In this document: positions 20,919 to 30,960 of the stretch, in pieces
How the letters are laid out: each line of letters starts with the position of its first letter
Numbering within the stretch: the stretch's first letter is position 1
IMG/VR virus record: IMGVR_UViG_3300036781_000633
DNA: 64,000 nucleotides
Strand: one strand, 5' to 3'
Origin: an uncultured virus (IMG/VR IMGVR_UViG_3300036781_000633)
Taxonomy: Duplodnaviria > Heunggongvirae > Uroviricota > Caudoviricetes
The notes under the pieces: generated by a model
What the model saw: only the letters and a program-made list of their open reading frames with translations
The model's database searches: none
What the model was told of the DNA's origin: nothing
Translations under genes and position numbers: made by a program

Positions 20919-21325
20919 CAGGGCACCACGCCGATGTCGATGACGGTGTTGCCGTTGGCGCGTTGCTCACGCCCCGCGACGGGATAGAGATTCGTGCGGC
21001 ACTCGAGCGACCGTTCGGCGTTCCGACGGTGCTCGTCGTTCGACATCGCGAGGTGCGCGAGGGCTTCGAGCATGAACGCCAAACGGGCGGACGGGTTGAG
21101 GACGCCGTGGTCGGTGTCATGCCATGACGGCTCCCCGAGTAGATCGCGGCCGAGCCGCTCGAGGTGCACCGGGGTGAAGTGACGCTTCCCGGCCTGATCG
21201 CCCGGCGCATGCGTCGCGTCGATGCCGTCGACGAGGAGACGGTACGTCGTCAAATGCTCCGGTTTCGTCGACCACGTCAGGTTCCCCACGAGCTCACCGC
21301 GCTTGAACATGATCACCAACATCAC
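20915..21325 (-). CDS. hypothetical protein
   Basis: AGGAG RBS upstream; AT-rich leader at 21330-21380. Confidence 0.55.
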   Translation of the reverse strand: MMLVIMFKRGELVGNLTWSTKPEHLTTYRLLVDGIDATHAPGDQAGKRHFTPVHLERLGRDLLGEPSWHDTDHGVLNPSARLAFMLEALAHLAMSNDEHRRNAERSLECRTNLYPVAGREQRANGNTVIDIGVVPW

Positions 21326-21377
21326 GTAACTCCTGGTAATTGTTATCTATGCGACCGTATGTGATGGCTAATTGCTA

Positions 21378-22403
21378 TTAGGTATCGCCAGAAACGTCAT
21401 CGGAATCAACCATTTCCGTCGGGAATAGCGGCAGCGTGCGGTTGTAGCGGGTCAAGCGACGAGGCTCGCCGCGCGCCGCGCACCACTCGTCCCACGGGAT
21501 GGTTTTGTCGAACGCGCCGACGATCCAGCGCGTGAACGACGCGAGCTCGTCGGTGCGGTGGAACATCATCGGGTACGGACGGGCGCCAAAGTCGCGCAGC
21601 ACGCGTCGTCGGTGCTCGCAATCGGCCAGCGTCTCGCCGGGCCAGTACCCGACGAGCATGTAGACCATGATGTGGTCCGGCTTCACGCCGTGCCGCACGA
21701 GCGCCTCGAGCCCCTTGATCAGCCGCCTTTCGTCCTTGCGGTTGTCCCACGCCGTGTAGATCCGCTTTTTCGCCATCGAGTCGTCGCGGTAGTCGACGCT
21801 CGCGATGGCCGCCGCAGTCTCGTCATTGAGCATCCGGGCGTTGATGCCCTGGTTGAAGGAGACGCGGAAGCCGCCGGCGCGGATCTCGGCGACGATCGAT
21901 GGCCAATTCGGGTTGCCGAAGAAGTCGTTGTCGAGGATCAGGAGCTCGCGCGGCCATGGGTCGCCGCGCCAGATGTCCGCGATGCGGCCGACCGAACGGA
22001 TCGCACCCTCCTTGCGCGGCACGACGCAGAACGAGCAACGTAGTCGGCACCCGCGCTGCGTGAACCCGATGGACTGACGCCACCGCGGATAGTCGGTGTA
22101 ATCGATGGGACCGTCGCCGATCCCGACGTCTGCGAGCGTCGTCGACAGATCCCAACCGGTGCCGCCCAGCACGATCGTCGGGTAGATGTGGCGAGCTCGC
22201 TCGGCCAGCGGCTTCGTGCGTTCGAAGATCAGCGATCCGTACACCCGATCCCATGTCTGGTCCCCGAACCGCGGCTCGAGCGCGTTGCCGTTGCCGGCCC
22301 GACGCAGTTCGACGGCGTCGCCGAGTCCGCGATGGTGCGCGGCGATCCGCATCAACGCGAGGTTCGGCAACTTGCCGTCCAACTGCAGCGCGAGCACGTT
22401 CAT
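21378..22403 (-). CDS. radical SAM enzyme with B12-binding-like N-terminal region
   Basis: PNLALMRI, TQRGCRLRCSFCVVP (CX3CX2C), LDNDF, VYMLVGY. Confidence 0.85.
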   Translation of the reverse strand: MNVLALQLDGKLPNLALMRIAAHHRGLGDAVELRRAGNGNALEPRFGDQTWDRVYGSLIFERTKPLAERARHIYPTIVLGGTGWDLSTTLADVGIGDGPIDYTDYPRWRQSIGFTQRGCRLRCSFCVVPRKEGAIRSVGRIADIWRGDPWPRELLILDNDFFGNPNWPSIVAEIRAGGFRVSFNQGINARMLNDETAAAIASVDYRDDSMAKKRIYTAWDNRKDERRLIKGLEALVRHGVKPDHIMVYMLVGYWPGETLADCEHRRRVLRDFGARPYPMMFHRTDELASFTRWIVGAFDKTIPWDEWCAARGEPRRLTRYNRTLPLFPTEMVDSDDVSGDT

Positions 22404-22834
22404 CAGGTCTCGTACGGTACGCACGGGGAGAGCGCGGAGACGGCATTCTCGAGGTCGATAAGGAGGCTCGCGTGCGACTCGCTCGCGAGGACTTCGCACC
22501 ACGTCGTCGACGACTCGTAGACCCGGACGCTGTGGAGGTACGGCAGATTGATCTTGGACAGGATCCACGCGCACAGCGCCTCCGTCGTCGGGCACGACAG
22601 CCCCGCGACCTGGTTCAGGACCTTGTGATCGAGCCGATCGTGAAGCGGTGCCCACGCCTTCGCGATCTGGGCGTAGTCGACGAGACATCCCGTGCGCGGA
22701 TCGACTGGCCCGACGAGGCGAAGCTCGACGATGTACGTGTGGCCGTGCATGTTGCGGCACTTGTGGCCCTCCGGCATCAACGGAAGGCTGTGCGCGGCGT
22801 CGAAGGTGAACCGCTTGGCGATGGTGGCGATCAT
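22403..22834 (-). CDS. queD: 6-carboxytetrahydropterin synthase
   Basis: FTFDAAHSL...KCRNMHGHTY, LDHKVLN, PTTE, VRVYES. Confidence 0.92.
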   Translation of the reverse strand: MIATIAKRFTFDAAHSLPLMPEGHKCRNMHGHTYIVELRLVGPVDPRTGCLVDYAQIAKAWAPLHDRLDHKVLNQVAGLSCPTTEALCAWILSKINLPYLHSVRVYESSTTWCEVLASESHASLLIDLENAVSALSPCVPYET

Positions 22835-23451
22835 TCGGTGGGCTCCACGAGTAACGAGGTTTGGGAAACGGCGCGGTGCACGCGCGACTGGTGCTTGAAG
22901 AAACGGCTCGCGCCCGAGCCGTCGATGCTGTTGCAGCCCGCCGCCATCGCGATGTGGATGCGGCGCATGGCGTTGACGCGCCCCATGTGGCACCAGGCGC
23001 CGCGAGATCGCGCGAGCGCGCACCACATCCCGGCGCTGCGCTCCTTGAAATCGTCGCCGCCGCCGATGAAGACGCCGACCTTGGAACCGAGCAGACCCTC
23101 GATATCGGCCGGTTCCATGTCGTCCTGCACTGGGATCAGTACGCGCTCGGTCTCGCCCTGGACCTCGGACAGCCACGACAGGCTGAATTCGAGTGACGCC
23201 TTGCCGCCGAACACGATATCCGGCACGACGACGAACCGGACGCGCTTACCAAACAGCTTCAGCGCGCGGCGGAATTTGACAGCGTCAAACGGCTTCTTGT
23301 TGCGTGTCGTCCACGCGCCGTTGTCGAGGCCGAGCTCGGTGAAGCCTTCGTCGCGGAGAACGCCTTGCGCGGAGATCAGTAACCCCCAACCCTTGGCGCG
23401 GATGCCGGCGAGGTTGCGTTTGGTCCCGGTGCGCACGGCGTACATGATCAC
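22831..23451 (-). CDS. TGT-fold (DpdA-like) base-exchange enzyme candidate
   Basis: LDNGAW, VVPDIV, IPVQ, HMGRVN and SIDGS resemble TGT-superfamily motifs; adjacent to queD. Confidence 0.55.
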   Translation of the reverse strand: MIMYAVRTGTKRNLAGIRAKGWGLLISAQGVLRDEGFTELGLDNGAWTTRNKKPFDAVKFRRALKLFGKRVRFVVVPDIVFGGKASLEFSLSWLSEVQGETERVLIPVQDDMEPADIEGLLGSKVGVFIGGGDDFKERSAGMWCALARSRGAWCHMGRVNAMRRIHIAMAAGCNSIDGSGASRFFKHQSRVHRAVSQTSLLVEPTE

Positions 23452-24344
23452 GTCTCTTCACCGTCGGGAGCGGTCTCACAGAGACCCCAGCGCATGCATC
23501 CACCAGTCGGTGACGGCGCGAACAGTTGCGACTGACGACCGCCGAAGTCCGTGCGCGCCCACTCGACCACCTTGTCGATCCCAGTAAAGCCCTGACGTTG
23601 CGTTTGAAAGAACGTCGCGTCCTCGGGATACGAATAACGGCCAGGCTTCTCAATGTTGCGCGCGCGACGGAGCTGCACCATCTCGCCCTCGAGCGCCCGA
23701 ATCTCATCGATCTTGTCCGGCCGATGCTCGGCGATCAGTCGGATCTCTTCCTTGTTTGCGAAGATGCAGGGATAGCAACCGACTCGGTCGTGGCCGCGCT
23801 GGTACAGCGGATTGACGGGCACACCGTGGCGCCGATGAATCATCAGCACGTCCTCGACGGTCCAAGCGATCAGCGGACGCCAGACGTAGCCACCCCACCG
23901 CTCGCGGGTGAACTTCGGGCCTTCGTCCTCCCATTCCGGCATCTGGGCGCGACGTGCGCTCTCCTGCGCGCGCACGCCCATCGTTGAGATGGACTCGATG
24001 CCGGTCTGTTCCTCGACGAGGTCGTGGTATCCGCGCAACGGCTCGAGTTTGAGCTCGCGCGTACAGAACCGTTGCATGCGTCCCGGGAAGCCTGCGCGAT
24101 GCCGTACGCGAGCGCGCATGCCACCGTCGACGCCGACGACATCGATCGTGATCGCGAGTTGCTCGCGCAACAGATCGAGGTACGCGTAGGTCTCGTCGGC
24201 CTCCCACCCGGTGTCCGCGAACACGAACCGCGCCGAGATTTCGGCTTCGCGGAGCGCGAGGATCAGGGCCGTCGAATCCTTGCCACCGGACACCGATGCG
24301 ATGACCTGTAGCCCGGCACCGTCTGGCGGGATCGTGAGCGTCAC
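23448..24344 (-). CDS. PAPS-reductase/PP-loop family protein
   Basis: SVSGGKDS, FADTGWE, CTRELKLEP, GVRAQESARR, RVGCYPCI. Confidence 0.9.
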   Translation of the reverse strand: MTLTIPPDGAGLQVIASVSGGKDSTALILALREAEISARFVFADTGWEADETYAYLDLLREQLAITIDVVGVDGGMRARVRHRAGFPGRMQRFCTRELKLEPLRGYHDLVEEQTGIESISTMGVRAQESARRAQMPEWEDEGPKFTRERWGGYVWRPLIAWTVEDVLMIHRRHGVPVNPLYQRGHDRVGCYPCIFANKEEIRLIAEHRPDKIDEIRALEGEMVQLRRARNIEKPGRYSYPEDATFFQTQRQGFTGIDKVVEWARTDFGGRQSQLFAPSPTGGCMRWGLCETAPDGEET

Positions 24345-24525
24345 GGGATTTGCTCCACGAGCTCGTGTGGAAGGTCGGCAAAGATCTTCGGACACCGCGC
24401 AGTGGTGGCGAAGCGACCATACGCACCCGTGTGGCTGAAGGTGCCGTGACAAACGCCATCGCAGTCACCGACGTGGTCGAAGTTCTTCTCGACCGGCGCC
24501 TTGCACGCGATGCAGCGGTATCCTG

Positions 24526-24879
24526 TCATCGTTCCTCCGTCATCAGCCCCATCAGGGACCGCTGGGCTGTGCGCTTCGCCTGCAATTCGGCGTACGCGGG
24601 GTTGAGGTCGAAGCCAATCCACCGCCGCCCGTGCTTCTCGGCGACCTCGCCCACGGTGCCGCTACCGAAGAACGGGTCGAGCACCAGGTCGCCGGCGCGA
24701 CTGCCGGCAAGGATGCACGGCTCGATGAGTTTCGGTGGGAAGGTGGCGAAGTGAGCCTCGCTGTATGGCGTCGCGGCGACCGACCAGACCGAGCGCTTGT
24801 TCGCGCCAGCGATGTTGCCGTTCTGGGCGTGAAAGCCACGGACCGGAGGTTGCCGGGGCGGTACGGCTCTCGGCCTCGC
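24526..24879 (-). pseudogene. C-terminal fragment of a beta-class N4/N6 DNA methyltransferase with no in-frame start
   Basis: Translated by hand (not in the ORF track): NKRSVWSV...HFATFPPKLIEPCILAGS...VLDPFFGSGTVGEVA...WIGFDLN; it follows directly after a TAG in the same frame. Confidence 0.85.
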
Positions 24880-25239
24880 CTACGCGGCATTTTTGTCCTC
24901 CGACTTGGGAGGCTCTCGAGCAGGCGGCACCGACGGCCGACCCTTGATGCGCGATGCGGTGAACTCCGGAACCATCTCGCGCTCCACGATGTAGTCCTCG
25001 GTGGTGCCGTCAGGAAGGCGGACGCGAAACTCGAGCGGCCACGAGGACTCCCAGCCATCACGGTTGGAGTGGAAGTGGTCCGCGCACATCTGCGCGGCGT
25101 CCCTCGCGTCCGTCGCCCACTTATCACTCGCGAGTATTTGCTCGATGTACCCGCCCGTCGTGCTCGGCTTGTCGGCGAAGTCGATACCGTCTAACTCGTC
25201 GTCTTCCCAGGACAGACACCACACGCGGTAATTGCTCAT
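24880..25239 (-). CDS. hypothetical phage protein
   Basis: MSNYRVW start with GAGG RBS. Confidence 0.6.
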   Translation of the reverse strand: MSNYRVWCLSWEDDELDGIDFADKPSTTGGYIEQILASDKWATDARDAAQMCADHFHSNRDGWESSWPLEFRVRLPDGTTEDYIVEREMVPEFTASRIKGRPSVPPAREPPKSEDKNAA

Positions 25240-25537
25240 CGCGCTTCCTCGATAGCCTTCTGGATGCCGCGCGGCTCGACGATATGCGAGATGTGATTGT
25301 CCTGCACTTCGCGTATCACGGTGACGAAAACACCCGGGCTTGTCTCCACTTGGACGTGGATAATGCTTGGTGAGGTCGGTATGGTGACGAGTCGGATCGC
25401 ACCAAGACGTTGCTTGATGGCAACCCACGCGCGATGGACGGCGATTGCGTAGAGCTCGAAGTCCTTTGATGCCATCGCCGACTCGCAGAAGTTGAGACCG
25501 TGGCTGATGACATCGTTGAGTCGGTCGATCTGTTCTT

Positions 25538-26083
25538 TCAAGGCTGGTTCTCCCAGGTGACGCGGTGAAACTCCTCAGCGGAGTAGAAACTCCACTTGGT
25601 GACATCCTTGGCTTGCGCATCGGCGCTCACGCCAAGCAGGTATTCGAGCGAGACAGTCAGCTTGCGCTCGTACAGCCAGATCCCGTGGAGCCCAGCATCC
25701 AGGATCTCGCGCGAGCACTGCCAGCACGATGGCGGTCCGCCAGCTACGAGCTCGCCATTCTCGACCTTCACATGCAGTAGGCGGAACTCCGAACGGTTGC
25801 CCCGGTACTCGACCGCTCGACGCACCGCTCGAGCTTCAGCGTGAACCGCCCACTGGTTGCAGATACGTTCGCACCGCCCGTCCCCGTCATACGACGAGCA
25901 TTCGAATGGCGGTGGCGGGCCATTGCTGTACGCGCCGATGATCTCCGGGACCGTATCCTTGCCGCGCGGGCCATCGAGCATGTAGTACACGGCGACGCCG
26001 CGCTTGGACTTCGCGCAGACGGACGAGCGCGCCGCAGTGACCGCAGCAGCGATCACCTCGTCAAACGGGTGGAGTCTTGCCAT
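25538..26083 (-). CDS. dCMP/cytidine deaminase family protein
   Basis: SVCAKSKRG, NGPP, HAE, PSCWQC. Confidence 0.8.
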   Translation of the reverse strand: MARLHPFDEVIAAAVTAARSSVCAKSKRGVAVYYMLDGPRGKDTVPEIIGAYSNGPPPPFECSSYDGDGRCERICNQWAVHAEARAVRRAVEYRGNRSEFRLLHVKVENGELVAGGPPSCWQCSREILDAGLHGIWLYERKLTVSLEYLLGVSADAQAKDVTKWSFYSAEEFHRVTWENQP

Positions 26084-26402
26084 TACGCTGGCCTCGCATC
26101 CAGGCGCGGTCCGCCCATGCATGAGCACTCGGCGAACCCGCACCGTTCGCACACAAGACGGAGTGAGGCCACGTGATCCGGGCAGTAGTACTCCACCAAG
26201 TTCGCGCGAACTACCCGCCGCCATCCGACGGTGACGGCCGCGTCGTTCAATGCGGTACGAAAATTGTTCGCGCGGCGCGCGTTGCCGGTCAGGAGGTCCA
26301 TGTGTTCCTTCGAGATCGGATTTAGTGGCGCCACCTCGAGTGTCAACTCCACGTTGCAAATTGCGCATGTAATCGAGTCCGACTCGCTCTCGATGCTGAA
26401 AG

Positions 26403-26978
26403 TCATTGGGCCCCCCTCCATCGCATCGGCTCGGCATCATCCGGTTGATACAATGGGTGCGCCGGGGTGCCGTCGTTGTTCTCCTTCAAGCACGTGAGCT
26501 CGCCACCGATCAGCTTGCACACCGCCGCGCACCGCTCGCGGAAGTATGCGCGCTCGAGCTTCTTCCCGGCACCGGCCCCGGAGCCCCAGGCGGCGACCAC
26601 GCGACCACCAGAGAGTCGCGCTTCCTGCACCGCCTTGGTGATGTAGTGGTCGTTGTCGGGCCCAACGATGCGGCCGTGGTCCTTCCAGCCCTGGCTCCAG
26701 GCCCACCACATCTTCTTCGGATCGGTGGAGCGGAACCCGAACACGTTGACGATCACGGTCCGATGGAATCCCCACAGCCGCGTGTATTTCTTGCACTTGC
26801 GGATGGTGTTGTCGTCGTGGTCGGCGTCCGCGGTGGACGGGTTGAGCATCACGAATGCGCACGTGATCGGCATGATCACGGCATGGTTGGCCGAGACGGT
26901 GGGTTCACGCGTCAACCAGTAGCGGTACACGCCGTCCGAGCTGAAGACCGCCTCGCCTTGGGGAAAGAGGCCGTTCAC
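26403..26978 (-). CDS. DUF1643 family protein
   Basis: YRYWLTR, MLNPSTAD, NVF...STDP, AAWG, PAHPLY. Confidence 0.88.
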   Translation of the reverse strand: MNGLFPQGEAVFSSDGVYRYWLTREPTVSANHAVIMPITCAFVMLNPSTADADHDDNTIRKCKKYTRLWGFHRTVIVNVFGFRSTDPKKMWWAWSQGWKDHGRIVGPDNDHYITKAVQEARLSGGRVVAAWGSGAGAGKKLERAYFRERCAAVCKLIGGELTCLKENNDGTPAHPLYQPDDAEPMRWRGAQ

Positions 26979-27580
26979 GGCACGTCCTTGATTTCATCGA
27001 AGGTCTGGCACAGCACTCGGTAGCCGCCGGCATAACGCTTCACTTGTCGAAGCGTGCCCCGCAACACGCGATGCTGCATGTCGCGGGTGGCGACCACCGT
27101 GGTCTGCGTGAGGTCGATGTCGCCATCTCGGCCATCGCCGAACAGGTCCGGGATCACGGCGACGCCGCCTTGCCACTGGCACAGTGCTGAATTCGCTCGA
27201 CCATCATGTTCTGGCCATGCGCGCTGCACCGGAACAGCACAGCCTTGCAGTTGCAGAGGATCCATCGGCTCGCCGTCTCGCGGCAGCCCGGTACGTCGCA
27301 CGGATGCTTCGCCAGCAAGATCAGACGCTCACTCACATTCCACCGCGCTTGCGAAGGTTGCGGATCACCATGCGGATGTGGGCTCGGTAGTTTCGAATCG
27401 GCGCGACCTTGTGCTTGATCAGAAGGTTGGCCATCCCTTCGATGAAGTCGGTGGCGTCCAGGAGCGCGCCCCGCGTCATGACGAGTCTGTTCTCGAGCTC
27501 GTGCTCCACGAAGCCCACCCGTTGCCGGACGGTCGCCAGGGCTTCGTCTACGCGCTCGATCGGCGTCGGCGTCCGATTCT

Positions 27581-27922
27581 TCACGCGGCCTCCTTGAGGC
27601 GCCTAGCGGCCTGTAGAGCCTCCTCGTGACGCTGCGGACACCCGGCGCGGTTGTGTCCGGGCTCGTCGCAGTACCCGCACCGATAGATCACGGTGCGCTT
27701 GCTGCCCGCCTTCCGGTACCGGACGGTGCGGATCGCATTGGCCTCCGCGCAACTCGGACACCGCACGCCGGTACGACCAGTGATCGCCGCCGGACAGTCG
27801 AGGCAGACAAGGCGGGCGAACCTCGACTCGCGCCATCGTCGACGCCAGCACGTCATGCAGGTGCAGGACACTTCGTGGATGATGCGCGGACGGCGGAGGC
27901 GAGCTTGAAGCGCGCCGGTCAC
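27581..27922 (-). CDS. multi-Zn-finger protein
   Basis: Several CxxC pairs and CGYCDEPGHNRAGC. Confidence 0.6.
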   Translation of the reverse strand: MTGALQARLRRPRIIHEVSCTCMTCWRRRWRESRFARLVCLDCPAAITGRTGVRCPSCAEANAIRTVRYRKAGSKRTVIYRCGYCDEPGHNRAGCPQRHEEALQAARRLKEAA

Positions 27923-28356
27923 CGGAACCTCCGGCGGAACGAGTTCTTGATCGCTTCACGTTGGTGGGAATGGAACATGCCGCCGTCTTCGGCGATCAGG
28001 TCGTCGACCCAGCCCCGGATCTCGTCGGACGGGTACGTCCGCACTTCGAGTTTGCCCAGCAGCATCGAGATGGTCTTCAGGTAGACCGACGCGATGTCCG
28101 GTTGGCCGTCATCGCTCTCGTAGTACGCGATGTCCGTATCGCCGCCGAGTCGCGTGAACGTGATCGCCGCCCGATATCGAATGCGGTCCATCGGCCCCGC
28201 ACGCGGCACGGGCTCGAGCCAAGACTCCCTCGTGATGCGAACTCGCGTGTGACCGCTCACGACCTCGAACCATGGCTCTGTGTGCACGACTGGTTCGACG
28301 CGCGCGACCGGTGTAACCGCTGGCTTGTTCTTCGCCTTCGTGGTCTTCGCTTTCAC
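27919..28356 (-). CDS. hypothetical protein
   Basis: GTGA-coupled to the ATPase gene. Confidence 0.55.
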   Translation of the reverse strand: MKAKTTKAKNKPAVTPVARVEPVVHTEPWFEVVSGHTRVRITRESWLEPVPRAGPMDRIRYRAAITFTRLGGDTDIAYYESDDGQPDIASVYLKTISMLLGKLEVRTYPSDEIRGWVDDLIAEDGGMFHSHQREAIKNSFRRRFR

Positions 28357-30191
28357 GGGCGTCGCTCTCCCTCTTCGAATAGTTCATCGGCCGCGCGCAC
28401 GTAACCCGGCGCGGTGATCGTGATGATGTCGAGGCTCGCGAGATGAGCCATGCCGCTCGTGACGCTGCCGCCTGGCTTGTAGCCAGCGAGATCGCGCGCC
28501 ATCTCGCGCGCAATGGCGCCTGGGTACCGGTCGCAGATGACCCGGAACATCTTCCGCTCGACCTTGTCGAGTTTCCTCTCGAAGTGCTCGCGCAGCGCGA
28601 CGCCGACCGGCATCAGCGTGTATGGCCCGAGCGCCTGGAGACCGCGCGGCGTGATGACGAGGAGGTCGTTATTCGGGACCGCCCATTGCTCGCGGACGAG
28701 CGTGGCGAGCGCGCTGGTGACCGAACCGCCCTCCGCGTAACCGCTGTAGATGCGCACCTGCCTCCGGGTCAGACCGGAGGGACGCGCCGCGAGCACGGAC
28801 AGCATGGCGCGCTCGACCTTCGAGGTCGGGTTGGCGAGTGCGTACCCGGGCACGTTCTTCGATGGCCCAGGGATCGTCGCTGGCTTATTCTTCTTGCGCT
28901 CCACGCGACATGGCGGCGGCTCGCGGAGTGTCTCCGGTGGATGGGATGGACCAATCCACTGCGTAAGAACATCGTGGATGTCGCCCAACGGCACTGCGAT
29001 CTCGCGGATGCTAGCGAGCGCGTATTTCAGCCTCGCGTTGTCATCAGTGAGCCTCGACAACGCCTCCGTAGATTTGTTGAGTTTGGTGGTCAATAACGTC
29101 ACGGCTGCTTCGAGCTCGGCCTCGCGATTCTTGCCGTCCTGCACGAACGCGTGATGGAGTGGGTCGCCTTTCGACTGCCCCCAACCGGCCACGATGACCT
29201 TGCCATCCGTCACCTTCGTGATCCTGGCGAAGGACGGCACTGCCTTCTCGCCGATCTCGAGCTCCTCCATTGCCCGCTTGAGCTCATCGAGGTTGACCGG
29301 TCGCATCTTCACTGGCTGGTCGCTGTGCTCCTTCGCGTCCGGCGTCGCGCTCGCATCGAAGGTGGTCTTCGGCAGCACGTTGACGCGCTGGCAGATCTTT
29401 AGCCACTCCGGGCTCCACAGGATGCACTGCCCGCGCGGCAAGCTCGCGAGCTGCTTCAGCGCGGTGTTGACCTCGGGCAGTTCCTTTGCTTCCGCCCACT
29501 CCTTGATGGCCTTCCGCTCCTGGGACCCGGGCAGTTGGAACGCGGCGATGACCTCGGCCTGGTTGAGGACGTCCTTGTTCACGGACTGCGGACGCTGATC
29601 GAGCATCGACACCCCGATGCCGTAGTTGCGGCCAAGCCGGACGAGGTCCTCCATCGCGCCCAGCATCCGTTCCTGTCCCTTCATCACGCGCTGAGGAACG
29701 ATGGTGTGCGCCTCCTCGAGCACGATGTGCACGGGCGAGCGTGACGATTTCTTCTCGTGAAAGAACTCCTCCGCCCAGTCGGTCAGGAACCGCTGGCGCT
29801 GGCCCTTGCGCATGTCGGAGAGGTCGAGCACGGCGCTCGAGCCGGTGTCGACCAGCGTGCTCGCGATGAGCGCTCCGGCCTCGTGGGACAGCAGGATGTC
29901 GCCGTGCTGGCCGCCGATCACCGGGATCGAGAAGCCGTTGGCGCCATCGCCCTCGGTGCCGAGCCGCAATCCCCACCATGTACCGACGACGTCGACGATG
30001 ACGACCTGGATCTTGTGGCCGAGGAGCTGCTCGACGAACCGGCCGCAACAATACGTTTTGCCCGACCCTCGTTTGCCGAGGAACGCGAACACCTGTGTCG
30101 CGGAAATCGTCGGCGACATCTGGACGATTTGCGAGTCGTCCTCGTTCGTCTGAAACACGCGTACAGTGTCTGGGTCAACTCGGAGCATCAC
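28353..30191 (-). CDS. HerA/FtsK-superfamily ATPase with C-terminal wHTH-like repeats
   Basis: Walker A GKRGSGKT, Walker B IVLEEAH, GRNYGIG Arg-finger region, QRPQ motif. Confidence 0.88.
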   Translation of the reverse strand: MMLRVDPDTVRVFQTNEDDSQIVQMSPTISATQVFAFLGKRGSGKTYCCGRFVEQLLGHKIQVVIVDVVGTWWGLRLGTEGDGANGFSIPVIGGQHGDILLSHEAGALIASTLVDTGSSAVLDLSDMRKGQRQRFLTDWAEEFFHEKKSSRSPVHIVLEEAHTIVPQRVMKGQERMLGAMEDLVRLGRNYGIGVSMLDQRPQSVNKDVLNQAEVIAAFQLPGSQERKAIKEWAEAKELPEVNTALKQLASLPRGQCILWSPEWLKICQRVNVLPKTTFDASATPDAKEHSDQPVKMRPVNLDELKRAMEELEIGEKAVPSFARITKVTDGKVIVAGWGQSKGDPLHHAFVQDGKNREAELEAAVTLLTTKLNKSTEALSRLTDDNARLKYALASIREIAVPLGDIHDVLTQWIGPSHPPETLREPPPCRVERKKNKPATIPGPSKNVPGYALANPTSKVERAMLSVLAARPSGLTRRQVRIYSGYAEGGSVTSALATLVREQWAVPNNDLLVITPRGLQALGPYTLMPVGVALREHFERKLDKVERKMFRVICDRYPGAIAREMARDLAGYKPGGSVTSGMAHLASLDIITITAPGYVRAADELFEEGERRP

Positions 30192-30960
30192 GGATCCCGG
30201 TGAAAGGTTCGGCGTCTCTCCGCCGTGTCACGCTGGATCCCTCAGCGTTCGCAGTGCCTGCGGGGTCGGCCAGCGCTCTATCTGAAAGCGCCAACGTCCC
30301 GCTTAACGACCGGTCGGGTCGGACGAATCAGGGCGTGCTCTGCACCGCCCGCGAGGACTCTCGGAGTTGCTGGTCTGTGTAGCAAGCGGGCGTCGTGATC
30401 TTGCCCTTCTCGTCTTGGATCGGTGTGATCCGATGCTCGGCGCATCCCTTCGTGCAGGGATATTTCTCCTGCAGGTTGGCGAGGTGCGCAAGAAAACAGC
30501 GCTGGTGCCTCTGCGATCCGTAGTTCGGGTCGGCGTTCATGGCTTGCCCCGTGTATGGCGCGCCGGTATGACATCGTTCCGCAGATGACGAAGTCTGGTC
30601 GCACGGCCCTCGTCGTACTCCGCGCGACGCTTCAGGAGCCGGATGTCGCCCTGAATGATGAATGCCCACGTGCCCCAGATGACGGCCTGGGACGCCAGTG
30701 CGATGGCAGTGATCAGCGTGTCGCCCCAGACGAAGGCGAACGCCGTCCAGAACGCCATGATGCCGGTGACCAGCCGACCCTGGCGGAGACGGCGAAGCTC
30801 GACGTGGTCCTGGTAGTCCGTCACTTGCGGTCTCCAGGGCGCCATACGGGCTCCCGCTTGACCACCACGGGCTTGGCCCGCGCCATCGCCTGGTTGTGGC
30901 TCTCACCGGTGCGGTGCATCCCTCCGCACATGGTGCAGGACCAGAAGCCATCGCTGGGCA

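Noticed and set aside
23448..24344. Dnd phosphorothioation system or sulfate assimilation cysH
   Set aside because: No dndA/B/D/E, ssp or cys pathway neighbours recognised.
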